This document shows positions 25,025 through 39,403 of a stretch of DNA of 64,000 bases, piece after piece. The notes beneath the pieces are model-generated. The model did not search any database and was not told where the DNA came from. It saw only the letters and a program-made list of their open reading frames with translations. The stretch's first letter is position 1; every line of letters begins with the position of its first letter. The DNA is from the human T2T-CHM13v2.0 reference genome, Homo sapiens. The position numbers were made by a program, and so were the translations under genes. The stretch lies in NCBI RefSeq assembly GCF_009914755.1, contig NC_060948.1, one strand, 5' to 3'.

Positions 25025-25313
25025 TTTTTTTTTTTTTTTTTTTTTTTTTCTGTTACCGAGGCTGGACTGCAGTGGTAATCATCAGAGCACCAGAACCTTT
25101 GCCTCCCAGGTTCAGGTGATTCTCCTGTCTCAGCCTCCTGAGTAGCAGAAAGTACAGGTGCCCTTCATGATGCCAGGCCAATTTTTGCATTTTGTTACCG
25201 ATGTGGTTTTACAGTGTTAGCCAGGCTGACCTTGAACTCCTGACCTCAGGTGATCTGACTGCATTGGCCTCGCAAAGTGCTAAGATTACAGTTGTGAGCC
25301 ACAGTAACCAGCC
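25025..25313 (-). mobile_element. AluS
   Basis: Poly-T followed by a reverse Alu dimer. Confidence 0.85.
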
Positions 25314-25433
25314 AAGTTGGATTCTCTTGAAATTGAAATTGTTGCTTTGTGGAATTTATGAAACAGTATATTTGTTTACACCCATTTGGCTTTCATCAGT
25401 TTTCTTGCTAAAAGTTAATGATTTTCTATGTAG

Positions 25434-25540
25434 ATTGAAATAAAGAGAATTTATGGCCACAGGCAAATTTAAGTAAAAGCCATGGATTTACTAAGAGGAA
25501 GAGAAGCAGTGATGAAGCAGAGGGTTGAAGCTTTTGAATT
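25434..25540 (+). pseudogene. OFD1: OFD1 pseudo-exon 9
   Basis: 107 nt, [34 protein letters not shown]; stop codon; donor GT changed to TT. Confidence 0.9.
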
Positions 25541-26664
25541 TTAAGTATGCATGTTTAATTTTCAAATTCAGAATTATGAGAGTACAAAAATTACTCTATA
25601 TGTCAAAATATTCTAGTGTTTATTGCCAAGTAGAGTTCTTGTTTATAAAGGTCATAGCACCTAGAATTAGAAAGTAGAAATTAAGAAGAACAAACACTAG
25701 GCTTTTGCTTTTGAAATATTAAACATTAAAATGAAAAAGAGAATGAGATTCTATCACAAGCTTACAGTAAGACCAGACAGAATATTTGGAGAGGCTATTA
25801 ATACTTGAACAGATCATACATTTTGCTGTTAACTTCAGTCCTTCAGGTCTGATAGTTTTATGTGTTTATGTAGAGCAACTGAGTTCCACATTTCTACACC
25901 TGCAGCTTTTACCAGCTCTGTGCTCAACAGAGAAAGTATGGTAGTCTGACTTTACCTGCACTGGGTGAACCTGTTTCTCTTGTGTTATTCACTTGTTCTA
26001 AGTGCTGACAAATATTTCATTCTTCAGATCTTACCTGGGATTGACAGCAAGCGCATCTGTCTATAGTTTGTGCAATAAGCCTTATTTTCCACTGGGAATG
26101 TTTTCTTAATTGGCACCCATAGATACTCCAGGAATCTTACTTCATTAAAGAATATGCCTCCATCTTCTTTAATGTTGTTTTTGCACTTCTATAGATTTGA
26201 TTTGTTGGATGACAACCTCTGCCTGCCTTAGTCTCCTTTTGGCAATAATGAAAAGGTAAACTAATCGAGAGAGAGAGAGAGAAAAATAAGGAACAACATT
26301 TTGGCAGAGAGAGTTTATCACTTCCCTACCTCAATTTTCTCCACTCCTGTTTTCTCTCTCTCAGGATATATACAAAATAAATGTCGTTTTTACCTTTCCA
26401 CAGCTTTCCAGATTACCAGCAGAGGGAGCTAATACCTAGAGCCTTTAACTTTCCTTAGACCAGTCAGTGTTTTGTAGGACTTCTCAGAATGGCTGCATCT
26501 CAACCACTGTGAACCCACCTCCCTGGCTTGGGAATTGGTGCTATGGTTAATCTCATGTCTCGCTATAAAGACCGTTCTACTCTTAAGTATTTGGAAGCCC
26601 ATATTGATTCATCTATCTTTTGCCCTCTCTTTGGGTACTTTTCCCACGTTTAATCAACAGTTTT

Positions 26665-26818
26665 TGTTTTCTAGGTTTTTGTTGTTTGTTTGTTTGATTT
26701 TAAGAGACAGGGCTTTGCTATGTTGTCCAGGTTAGTCTCAAATTCTTGGGCTCAAGTGACCCTCCTGCCTCAGCCTTCTGAAAAGCTGGGATTTTAGGTG
26801 CTGGCCACCACACTTGGC
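26665..26818 (-). mobile_element. Alu monomer (FLAM-like)
   Basis: gagacagggctttgctatgttgtccagg...ccaccacacttggc. Confidence 0.75.
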
Positions 26819-27293
26819 TACCTCTGATAGATTATTAAATGACAAAAGTAAATATTCTCACTGAAATATCTATGCGATAATTAATTAAAGCCCACAGTTA
26901 GAAAGAACATTATAAGAAATCAAGCAGGTGAATCCACTTTTGTCCCTTTGTAACTAATAGGATTATTCTTTCATCCCACAATTGACTTTGGCCATCACTC
27001 ACCTACAACTATTGTTTTAAGTTTTAATTGTCTTCTATAGGAAATCACTTCCCACTAGAGAAGATCACACTCCCCTCCGTCAGATACCACAGCTCTGTGG
27101 CTCTGCTAGTTTCAATACACTGTAAGTAGATTAGTTCATACACTGAGGACTTCTAGCTCTTTCTTCTGCTTCCCAGCAGGAATAGTCATGTAGCAGTTTT
27201 AGTCTGTTGAATCAAAAACACTGGATTTTTTTTCTAAATTTGTTATCTCAGCTATTGTAGCTTATTTAGTTTTTATACCTTTCCTATATTCAG

Positions 27294-27398
27294 AACCCAG
27301 AAGCCCCAGGAAGAAAAACATAACACCATGACTGAGGCACTTAGAAGGCAGGAGCGAATATAAGGAGTCTTGAGGAGACCTATGACCAAACTGCTGAA
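27294..27398 (+). pseudogene. OFD1: OFD1 pseudo-exon 10 (internal deletion)
   Basis: QKPQEEKHNTMTEALRRQE matches OFD1 QKLQEEKHKSITEALRRQE. Confidence 0.88.
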
Positions 27399-29056
27399 GT
27401 ACATGTTTGACTGTTTTGAAGAAGAAATATGTTTAAAATAAGTTAGTGTAAACATAACAAAAACTGAGGAAGTAGTCTATGAATCACATTCTATGCAAAC
27501 TTTAGTGTTTGAAAAAAATACATATTTTATTTTCATCAATACCCAATAATTACCTGTGTTTGAGATAAGGTACCTTTTAAAAGATAAGGTGCAAAGAAGC
27601 AAATCCTCTGCTTTTCTTACTCATGGCTTCTCTAACATTTATTGAGGTCTGTGATTTACTATAATTTTCAGGGTACCTTGTTACTTGCTCAGCTTGCCTA
27701 CTCGATAAGCTGTAAAACTGGGTTTATAATCACTTTTAGTGACTTTTTTTTTTGTCTACTCCACTCATACTGCCACAAAGATGGATATCTAACAATATAG
27801 AAATTATATCAATGGTCACAGTATTTTTCAGTGAACATGTGCCTTTAATTCCTTCACAATTCTGCAAAGCAGGAATGAAAATAAAAGGGCTAAAATTAAC
27901 TATGTGAGGCAAATGTGATAAAGGGAAAGGAGAATAACAGCAGTTACAGATTCTTTGGCTTTTCTGTGCACTAAGTTTTGTGTATCAGTGGATAATATCA
28001 CAGGGGTAAGACATTGTGCCCATGTGGTAACGTTTCAGTGGGTGGAAAAGGATCTGGCACATAAAATGTGCCCAGTTAATATTTGTTGTAAATGTGCCAC
28101 GAGGAAATGATGCAACAAAGGTTTTGGGGGCATTTATTTGGCCTGTTTTTATTGCCTTCCTCATGATTTGACATTGATATTTTATTACATAGTAGGTGCA
28201 AAAGTTTCTTGAGGTTGTTATTTAAACAAATTCTATTTTTAAAAAATATAGCAGCTTTTAAAATCGATTTTTAAATGAGGCGTTTTACCCACATCTTCTA
28301 TGTCAATTCCTCTGCTAGAACAAATAACGTGGAAGTTGCTGTAGTTACCACATATTTAGAAATAAATAAACCAAAGTATGTGCGTTAATTTTATGTAGTT
28401 ATGGAGCTAGTCAACTATTTGGTAGCATTGTGACAGCTTCCACGGGCTGTGTGGTGTCTGTCTGGCTTTAGGAATCTGCATATGATTTTGGCAAGTGTTA
28501 GAGTTTGGAGGCTGATCCCCATAAGAATGTTTCTTTTTCCTTTTGGAACCAAAAGGGCAGATTGTAACAGCTGGGAAAGAGAAGTGAAACTGCAAAAGTG
28601 TGTCTTTGGGTGTTGCTAATTCAGATTTGATGCTGTTGACACTTGCCTCTCAGGACTGTTCTTAGTCCCTTGGCACAAAAATTCATACATTGGTTGAGGG
28701 TGTGCAGATATTACAGGAGGACTGGAAGTGTTTGTCTAATTATCATTTACAATTGAGTCTATTGTATGCCGTGTAAATTTAATTTTCTTTGCTTTTTGTG
28801 TCAGATGAGACCAACTGAAAAGTGATTACTTCAGTAACCTTGTGACAACACGACCCTTTATTTTGTGTGTTTGAGTCTTATAGGATTGAGGTGGGGTTTT
28901 AGTGGACATTTTATCTATGGCTTTAGTAATGAGGGACTTTGAAGTTTACACAGTGTCAGGTTAAGTGCTCTCAGATATACCTGTGCCACGCATAAGCTCC
29001 TGCATTGATAGTGGGCTTTCTAGAATGATAACTGAGAAACTCATTCGGATTCTCAG

Positions 29057-29128
29057 GTGACAACTTGAGCTAAAGGATGACTATATCATTAGTACTAATC
29101 GACTAATTGAAGGTGAAAGGAAGAAATA
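29057..29128 (+). pseudogene. OFD1: OFD1 pseudo-exon 11 (3' end lost)
   Basis: *QLELKDDYIISTNRLIEGERK; first codon mutated to TGA; no donor site. Confidence 0.88.
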
Positions 29129-29789
29129 ATTATTGTTTTTTGAAACAGATTTAACCAATATATGAAATTTTAGTGATAAATAATTTATCCTAGGTCATCT
29201 GCTAGAGACGCTTGGATTTCTATTTGTATGGCTAAGAGGATGATGGCTGGAGTAAATTAAGTAATATTTATTTTCAATCAATGTCACACAGAAAAATGCA
29301 GATAGTGCCTTGGGTCCTGAAGTCCTGCTTCAAACCTATTTGTGTGTCTAGTTGCTTGTGTGCTTTTGGGCAGATTCTGTGACTCAGATTCTTGAGCTGT
29401 AAACTCTAGGAAGTTTTCCAAATTTTAGGGCTGTTGAGGAAATGTAGTGAGCTAATTGACATGCCTAGGTCATAGCAGGTGGTCAACACTATTATTTTCT
29501 ACACGCAGCCTGTTCACTCTTTCCATCAGCAACAGGAAAAAATTCTGTCATTACATTTTTGTCTTACAGATTAAAACAAAATACGGGGCATTTTTCACAT
29601 GCCATTGCTTCTTTACTTTTGTCTTCATCGTGTGCTTGCTGTTGGAAGTTAGAACATCAGGTACTTACAAAATATTTTGTATATAAAATTTATTTTTGCA
29701 ACTTTGACATATGTGAGAACTTTGTAGACTTTCATACTCAAATATGAGCTATAGTATATTAAGAAAATGGAGGCACTTCACATGTTCAG

Positions 29790-30400
<611 letters not shown>

Positions 30401-30718
30401 TTTTTACCTTACCTTTTCATATTCAAAAAATATATATTGCTATAATGTGTGATTGTTGCTGGTTTCTTGGTTGACTCTGAAAAATGGGGTGATAATCTTA
30501 GAAGGACTTGATTCATGGGATATGTTCTATAAGTTTCCTCTGTGTCAACTCTGGGGCAGAAGATAATTTTTGTTAGCGTAGTTATTGCAGACATTCAGAC
30601 ATCTCTTTAGTGACCTTAATTAAATTTTGACGCTATGCCTAAAGGAGCATACCAGATTTTCATTTTGCAGCACTGTAAAGTCATTATTCAATTGTAAATA
30701 TTCCTTTTTAAATTCCAG

Positions 30719-30854
30719 GTTGAGTTAGAGTGTGTCAAAACCCAGTCTTGCCAATAACAAAACAAAACCTTATGCTGAATGAAAAGGCTAAAAGGATGAG
30801 TAATTATTCACTACTTAAAAGAGAGTAGAAATGAAAACTTGCATGTCCTAAACC
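30719..30854 (+). pseudogene. OFD1: OFD1 pseudo-exon 13 (internal deletion)
   Basis: VELECVKTQS..ITKQNLMLNEKAK..ESRNENLHVLN. Confidence 0.85.
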
Positions 30855-31721
30855 ATATATCTTTCTTCCTGATTTCCATGTTTTAGTAATTTATATTCAG
30901 GCAGTATTATAAAACTATGCTTTGTACTTGTAAGGGGAAAGTTAAATTTGAAGGATTTATGATCCTTGGATTAAACTCTGCAAACATGCCTGTAGGTGGT
31001 TTCAAGGTATCCCTTGCCCTCTGCTTGCTGATTGGGTTTGGCCGGTGAGGACTACAGACTCCACATACACTGGCCGAAGACTGGCCATTGTACCTCACAG
31101 CCAAGCGAGGTCATGGTGCCTGTGATGACCTCTTCCCAGTGTTCTGCACCACCTCTCTCCCTCCAGCGCTGAGAATTGCACCCTCCTCTGATTCTCCAGG
31201 CACAAGGAGTGCTAATACAGTGGCCCTGTTACTATCTCAGTGAGCTTTGCCATCATTTGTGGGCATGCTGCAAAAGTCACCCTTTATTAAAGCATCCTTA
31301 GATGACTTTGACTGTGGGAACCATCTGCTTTCTGCCTGGATCCCAACTGCTGCTGACAGATGCACAGATTATGTTGAATCTTGGGGATGTCATCAACAGG
31401 GAGATCAGATAGAGAGCTCCTTCTGTGCATGGTAGAGGAGAGAAACAACCTTTTAGGTTAATTTGAGGATTTGAAAAGGGTCTTTTACATGGAGTAGGAC
31501 TCCAAGAGTAATCACGTTTACATTAAAATGCACCAAATTCTTTTGTTCTGAAATGTGGGTGTCAGGATTACGCTGAGCTCATTAAATAGAATTAATATTA
31601 TATTTATTGCATGAGTACAAAGAAAAGAAACAACAATGTAAAACCCCTTTAAATGTTTTTGTTAAATGAAATAAGAAAACTTAAGGTAGATAATGACTAG
31701 GATTTCTTTTGAACTTCTTAG

Positions 31722-31851
31722 GTCTAGATCAGCTGGCTCATGAAATTGTGGTATTTCAGAAAGAACTGCAGAAAGCAGAAAATGCTATCATAGCTGAGCA
31801 TGAGGAGTTCAAGAACCACAGGCCAGCTCTGCAATACAACTGCAACATGCA
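31722..31851 (+). pseudogene. OFD1: OFD1 pseudo-exon 14
   Basis: LDQLAHEIVVFQKELQKAENAIIAEHEEFKNHRPAL; ag and gtgagt flanks. Confidence 0.9.
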
Positions 31852-32385
31852 GTGAGTATTGCTCCTTGCCGGTCCCACTATGATACCAGTACACTTCATC
31901 AATATGTAAACTTGGCCCAAGTCACACCTGTGCAAATCAGATTTATTTTTACATCAAACATTACTCCCCCAAATATAACAAAGGTACTGTTTGTCATCTC
32001 AGAAAATTCTCTAGTGATAATATGATCTTATATTCATAATAGTAATAACATGGAGAAGAAAGCAAACACACCTAAACGTAAAATTTTCAGAGTGCCTGAT
32101 TGTATCCACTGTTTTCCCTTGATTCTCACCCTGAGGATTTCAAACATTCACTGTGTCTTCTGTCCACATGCTCTAGAATTTTTTGATATGACCGAAAATG
32201 ATGATGAAACCTGTGAAACACGCCTCATTTGTGTTCTGTTTGTCATTTTAAAAATAGGGACCCTGTTGTTTACTGGCATAAATCTTCCCAAATAAAGATT
32301 ACAAAAGGATGAGAAAACTTTTCCTTTTGAAGCAAGCTGTGATTTGTTTTAAAATAATTTATTTTCCTACTCTGAATCTTGTCAT

Positions 32386-32497
32386 ATTGTGCATTCTGCC
32401 TGGCTGAAGGCCCAGATACTAGATTACGAAGCTTCCATGACAAAGTTAACTATTCATGTGGCTGATTTAAAATTGCAACTGAAGCAAACTCAGACGG
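32386..32497 (+). pseudogene. OFD1: OFD1 pseudo-exon 15
   Basis: 112 nt, [37 protein letters not shown]; acceptor cag changed to cat. Confidence 0.9.
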
Positions 32498-33892
32498 GTT
32501 AGAGACATTTTAAACCCATGAATATGTTTTCTTTCTGTAAAGCTTCTGATGCTTGTGAAAATGTAATGATCCCAATTTATTGAACATTAAGTAATTATTT
32601 TGTTAGAGGAAAAGCCACAGAAATATGTGTCATCTTAGAAGTAAAACTCCCTATCCAGTTTGGTAATACCATCTGGACCATCAACAAAAGTGACTTGTTT
32701 CATAGGTGCCTCATGGCTCAGGAGAACGTCATGTCCCTAATGGGAAAGCTGTGGTGGTGATATAGAAGTCTCCAAGTTTATCTTAGAATTTTGTTTTCTG
32801 TTTGTTACCCCAATGTTAACACCAGTTCAGTAGTTTTACAGATTCCTTCATAGACAGATGTGCACTCATAGGAGGAGAAGGGTTATTTAGCAAAGAGAAC
32901 GTTGCCCTCAGAATCAGAGAACTGTTCTTCTTTTGGACCCCAGTTTTGAAGTTAGTTGTTTGATCTTGGACATGTTAACTTAACTTCCTTGGGCCTCTGT
33001 TTCCTCATTTGCAAGGGGAAATTTATGCCTATTGAGCCATAATGAAAATGATGACATGAGGTGGGTTTCAATGCAGTGTCTGGGACATAAGAAAATACTC
33101 AATAAATGGTGATTTGCTATGATTTTATTATTGTGTCTTCACTGGGGATACATCTCTGCCACTTCCTACTTCATAAGAAGGATGTTGAAGCTTAGATGCT
33201 TTCTTCTTCAGTTGCTTTCAAGCTCAAAGAAAGTGTGTATGTGTTACCAGTTCAACTGTATTCTCACACTTATTCTGAGCCTTCCTTGTTCCTATTTGCA
33301 ATCTTTCCTCATAAGTCCCTTGCTCTCTTCTGCAAGAGCTTGACTGATTCTTAACTCTTTACTCATTTCTACTCATTTCTGTACTTCATTTTTTTGTCAG
33401 TTCTGTCTGTGAAACTTCTCACAGCTGAAACCACAGTCTCATGTTAAAAGCAGTTGAATGAGAATACAACGTTTGCATGCATGTGCACTGCTGAGGGCAG
33501 GCTTCTTTCTAATAGCATCGTAGGAAGGCATTGCAGGAGAGTGAGATGCATGTACTGGCTTTGCCTTAGGGAAGTCCAGTAGCTATTGGACCTGCTAAAT
33601 GTGTAACTCAGCCTCAGTAAACTTTAGATCCCATCTATGAAATGGGAGCTGTGAGAGTTCCCTGAACACAGTGTTGTTGTGGAGGCAGATTCTTACCTCC
33701 TTGCCTGAAACTCATTCCATATGCTGTGGATTTCATAGCATAGGAAATCCACAGCATGCAAGTTCTGAAGCGCCTGCTGTAGTGAAATGCATTAATTATT
33801 TTCCAGTCAACTGTATGAATATTCATGCTGGGATAAATAAGGATACTAAATGGGTTCACATCAGTTCAGGTCAAACTTTTCATTTTGTTTTA

Positions 33893-34188
33893 TTTTTTTG
33901 ATTTTTGAGATGGAGTCTCATTCTTTCACCCAGGCTGGAGTGCAACGGTGCTATCTTGGCTCACTGAAAGCTCTGCCTCCTGGGTTCATGCCATTCTCCT
34001 GCCTCAGCCTCCCAAGAAGCTGGGACCACAAGTGCCTGCCACCATGCCTGGTTAATGTTTTGTATTTTTAGTAGAAGACAGGGTTTCACTGTGTTTGCCA
34101 GGATGGTCTCGACCTCCTGACCTTGCGATCCATCCACCTTGGCCTCCCAAAGTGCTGGGATTACAGGCATGAGCCATCACGCCCGGCC
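33893..34188 (-). mobile_element. AluY
   Basis: gggttcatgccattctcc, gggtttcactgtgtt; flanked by the TSD aggtcaaacttttca. Confidence 0.88.
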
Positions 34189-34544
34189 AGGTCAAACTTT
34201 TCAACCAAATGAGTTCAAGTCTGGCTACGCTTTGCCACCACATGAGTTATGAATACATTTTTGGTTTTCAGAGCTTTTGTGATGTGCCAATTGTTCATAA
34301 TGGATTCTGAAATTATACCAGGTTACAAAAGACATATGAAGCTGTAGTTGGTACAATAAGCCCTCAATAAGTGTTAGTCGTTGTTACTACCATGGCTTCA
34401 GAAACTGTTTAATGTGCAAGTTTGTCCTTATTATTGCTCTCTTCAATTTTTCAAAAAAAAAAAAAAAATGATATTCTCAAGTATATGAATTTTCTTTTCT
34501 TCCTTGTCCACTGACATCTGAAATTACCTTTTTGTACTCTGCAG

Positions 34545-35172
34545 ACGTAGAGAATAAAGTATACTCCAATCCAAAACAGTCTCTGAACAATCATTCTGTC
34601 AGTGGATTAATAAGTGGCAATATGGTACCCTGCAATGATGTTATACATCAGGCTTTCTTGAACAATTCTTTTAGACAGAAAAGAGTTCTAGCAGGTATGG
34701 TTACATCAAGGATCCCAAATTATCCAAATGGAGGTGTAGAAGGTAGTCCTTCCAGTTCTGACCTTGAGTTTGTAGTTAATACTAAGCAAGGGTCAAAGAG
34801 CTTAAGCAAGAGTCAAAGAGCTTAAGCAAGAGGCCAGACACTTGGAAGAGCCTTTCAGAAGTTGCCATCAGAGAGTCATTAACATGACTGCCAAAAGCCC
34901 ACTACCAGCAAAGAGCTCACCATCTCTGCACTTGCTGAAAGCTTTCAAAAACATTACTTCCAGTTCTCCAGAAAGACATATATTTGCAGAGGACAGAGTT
35001 GTCTCTGAGCAACCTCAAGTGCAAACACTTAACGAATAAAGGAATGGCACCTTGGAAGCACTCACAGGTAGTGCAGCCTCCAGGCTACACAGGCACACTT
35101 CCTCCAGACAACGCTAATCCACACCGTTTCCAAAAGCAAAAAGAAACCTTAAAAGAGAAATGTATCTGGAAG
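34545..35172 (+). pseudogene. OFD1: OFD1 pseudo-exon 16 (large exon)
   Basis: ORFs 34532-34825 and 34842-35039 give [11 protein letters not shown]...[10 protein letters not shown] and [27 protein letters not shown]; ~21-nt tandem duplication at ~34792-34833; donor mutated. Confidence 0.95.
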
Positions 35173-35546
35173 TTTAGCCACCTGGACAAAGCCTTGTGTG
35201 CTGCTCTGGAGACGAATAGCTACCCTCCCCTCCCCCTACCCATGATACATTGTTGCTGTGAGGGTCAGCGGGATAGACTGGCTACATACAGTGTTTTCTT
35301 AACACACAGAGGTGTTTCAATAGTAATAATTGCCTTTCCTTTGCTACCTGTTGCTTTCACGCATTTTATTATTGCCACTGCAATTAACTTAGGTGCTTGA
35401 ATCATTAGTTTTGTGGATCTTATGCATCGTTATTTGCTATCTGCAAGGATAACAATTTATTTTCAAACTAATAGAGCTCTTTAGAAACCTGCTGGTATCT
35501 TCATGCAATTGGTAATATTCTTGCCTTGGTTCCTTCTGAACCTTAG

Positions 35547-35658
35547 GCCTGGGCAGATCACATGGTGCTTCCCCCAGGCCTTGTTCTGACAGAATGCCCC
35601 AGCAATCACTCACTGAATCAAGGCACAACCTCTCCATCCCTACAGACCAGAAGTTGTG
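35547..35658 (+). pseudogene. OFD1: OFD1 pseudo-exon 17
   Basis: [31 protein letters not shown]; gtaag donor. Confidence 0.9.
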
Positions 35659-36104
35659 GTAAGCACAACTGCCTGATTGACTAGCTTCAGCTGAATCACG
35701 TTACTTACTCTGTCAGCCTTCACTTATTTTGTTCGTTTTTTTTTTTTTTTAGATTAATTTTGCAGACCATTTGGCAGTATAGAAGTTAGAATCAGATTGC
35801 AAAATGATGTGTCATCTTTGAGAATCATCTAAATTATGAGGAGAAAAAAAGGATTTTTTTAGCAAATAAGTGGGTAAGGCATATTTGCTAAACTGGACAT
35901 ATAGAACATACAATACGGTATTAATAAGCATCTTCATAGTTCTGTGAATAGACTCAGCTCATTAAGATCAAACACAAATGTACACAATCTGTGAAAGTAA
36001 ACAAATGGAGGTTATTTCTCCAGTTGGAAGTTGGAACAATTATACACATCAAGAAACAGTCATTTAAAAATATTTTGGCATTGAAATATAAGCAGATAAG
36101 TTTT

Positions 36105-36410
36105 TTGTTTTTGTTTTTTGGTGAGTGAGGGCAGAGTCTCACTCTGTCACCCAGGCTGGAATGCAGTGGAATGACCTTCACTCCCTGAAACCTCTGCCTC
36201 TCAAGTTCAAGTGTTTCCCCTGCCTCAGCCTCCCAAGTAGTCTGGATTACTGGTGTGGGCCACCACACTCAGTGAATTTTGGTATATTTAGTTGAAATGG
36301 GGCTTCACTGTGTTGTCCAGGCTTGTCTCAAACTCCTGACCTCAGTTAATCTGCCCACCTCTGCCTCCTAAAATGCTGAGATTACAGGTATGAGCCACAG
36401 TGCCTGGGCT
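36105..36410 (-). mobile_element. AluS
   Basis: Reverse Alu dimer. Confidence 0.85.
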
Positions 36411-36661
36411 GGGTAAGGTTCTCACTTCCATATCATTGCAATAAATTCAAACGTGGCAGTGGGATCTGGAGCATGATTATTGAAACAATAGAAGTGAATG
36501 TTTTTAGGAACTAGACCAGTGGGTTACCCAGGCTGTGATTTGAGTCATGAGAAGACTTCTAACCATACCTGAGCCCTACAGCACAGAGAACTGACTGTAT
36601 ACTTGCAGGCTGGAGCTTCAGTGTCTGCATGTTGAATATGTTTCTCTTCCAAAAGTGCCAG

Positions 36662-39364
36662 TGTGGCAAGACGAGGGTTAAATAGAAAAGGAAAAAAAAA
36701 ATGTCTTCTGCTTAGCCAGCTGATTCCAAGGAAGGTTATAAGACAACACTGTTTCAAAAGAGTTATAAGATAACACTGTTTCAAAAGAGAAGGCCAAAGG
36801 AATGGGTTGCAAACAGCCAACTCCAGAGCAAAGTTGAAAAGAAAAATGGATACCAATGCTCTCTCTCCTTCTCTGGACCATTAATTTTGACTATGTTTCC
36901 GAATGCTTGTATTTAGTACAATTAAAAGTTACTCTTTTTTGTTTTTCCTTTTTTTGTTTTTTGTTTTTTTGTTAGTTTTTTAACAGCTGCAAGGCCACAA
37001 GCTATGCAAGGCTACAAGTTACGGTAAGTCAAATCTTATGCTATAAATTATGTAACCTATCATTGTTTAAGTGGCTTCTTTACTTCTGCTTTTGTAATTT
37101 TGCTTATAAATACCCCACTCAGTCTTTGTTCAATGATCAGCCTTTTGGGATATCAGTCCACTGAGCCAGGGCACCTAATTAAATCTTCCTTTTTCCCCAT
37201 ATAGGTCTCTTTGGTCCTCTGCTTCTTGCAACATTATTGACCAGCCAGCTAGGAGAGGAGATGACAGGTTTACTGTCTCCTTTGCCTCTAGGAGCTTAAG
37301 CCCTGGGTCTCAGGAGTCCTGAGACCCAGCAGCACCATCGGGAGAAATTCAGCCTGGTTGGGAGATCAGCCCATTTGTGACCCAGTGCCCCTACCCAGCA
37401 ATGCAATGGTATCTAATGGGCTACAGGATGATTGCAGGAACAGCTCACTTCAGAAACCACAGTAAGGTATTGGGACCCAAGGGATGACCTGTCCCATAAG
37501 GACAGAAAAGGAGCCTAATCACCTCCTAGGGCATAACTGGTAATCCGACCAAGAAGGGCTGCAGACAACGAGAGTGTCTCACTAATTCAGAAGAAACTTA
37601 CAACCCAACCAACAGAGCATGTGAGAGTAGCCTGCTAAGTCAGCTCAGAAGGAAACTGGACGTAGGGAAAGTGGCTCACCACCCCAACTGGGAACATGGG
37701 AACTGGTAGCAGGATGGTGTGGGGAAGTGTGTGAATGGAGAGGCCTAACTAGGCTCATCAGCCACGAAGTGAGGAACCACAAGTCTCTTAGTGAAGACTG
37801 TACTCCAAGCCAAATGTGTGGCTGACTAAGACTAGTTGTGATCCGCATATGGCTAACGGAAGCTACCTCACAACTACAGCACTTGTGGTGGGCTTAAGAA
37901 ACTCTCCAAATCTAAGTGATATCTAAAAACCCCCATAATAGGACTAGGTCTAGCTGGTGCAAAACAAAAGTAAAAAGTGAGCACGAGTGTACTGCATCAT
38001 AACTGGGAGAAAATGGGAAGAGAGTCATCAAAACATATACCATTCAAATATATGCTAAAAAAAAAAATGAGAAAGGTTTTACGGGGAACTATAAAATTAA
38101 GCTAACCCCCCAAAAGTGAAAAACTTTCTGTAACCTAAAATAGCCCTCTTTTGGCGTTAAATAGATGACCCAAAAAGACTACCCAGAGAAACAACTGGAA
38201 ATGAGTTTGAGGTAATGACAGGGGTCCAAGGACAGCCAGGGCACCCAGGCCAATTTTCTTATATTTACTCATAATTACATATAATACAAACAGGAACAGC
38301 ATGTACCGAGCCCTGTTTAGCTGCCTACTGATAAACACTTATAGCGCTAGCTGAACCAAAAGTGAAATAAAAGCAGCTTCATCAGCAAACACTCAGTTAA
38401 AGGAAAAGTCCTCAGGACAGCAAGAAAAACCAGTTTTACAAAAGCCAGAAGAGGAAAATAAATTTCTCCTGCATATATCACAGCCTACCTCCCTTTGCTG
38501 AAGCCAACAGTCCCCCAGGAGCCTGGTTCCATTGCCAGCATTCCCCAAGTTTCACCACAGAGAGAAGAATCGGAGACTTGAGAGGCCAGGGAAGGAAGTC
38601 ACAATAGTCAACCAGGCTGTCTCAAATCTGGTCATCCTCAAGCTATGCAACTGCCTCTCAGGGAAATATGAGGACTCATCTACTATAATGACCAGCGCCA
38701 CATCCAGGTTGTGGGGGGCAAGAAGCCTTCCTCTCTCAGCCCTTTTCAACCACCAATCTACTAAATTTAAACCATCACACTCCCTCCTACAGGGAAAAGC
38801 CCAAAGCTCTCATAAACCTATTGCAGTCCATCTTTCTATCACACAATCCAACCTGGCTAAATTGCAGGCAACTTCTCTTAATGTTGTTTAATACAAAGGA
38901 ATGCCAGGGGATAACTCAGGCAGCCCTTCATTGGCTAGAAGCCAATGCATGAGCAAACACAGAAAATGCTCAGGCATATACTCAGGATCAGTTTCCAGAA
39001 GCAGGCCTCAACTAAGACCCAGATAACGCAAGCCAGCATCAGTGCCTGCAGAGGTACTGGGAGGCACATTTGCCAGAGACAAAAGCTTGTGGAAAAAAAA
39101 GAAATTAATATAAAAAAATTCAAAATGCTTCAGAAAGATAAAAAACCAAGCCAGTTTTATTTAAACAGCTTTGTAAAACAATCTGGTTTTAAACCCCATT
39201 TGACACTGAGGCTACTGAAAATTAGCACATGGTAAACACAGCATTTATAAGACAGGCCAAGGGTGACATCCAGCAAAAGCTGCAAATGCTACAGGGTTTT
39301 GCAGGCATGAATACATCCCAGTTTATAGGAATGGCTGTCAAAATATATGTTAACTATTACCAGG

Positions 39365-39403
<39 letters not shown>

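Noticed and set aside
36735-36788. 27-bp direct repeats as a CRISPR-like array
   Set aside because: Two abutting copies with no spacers, inside an LTR in eukaryotic DNA
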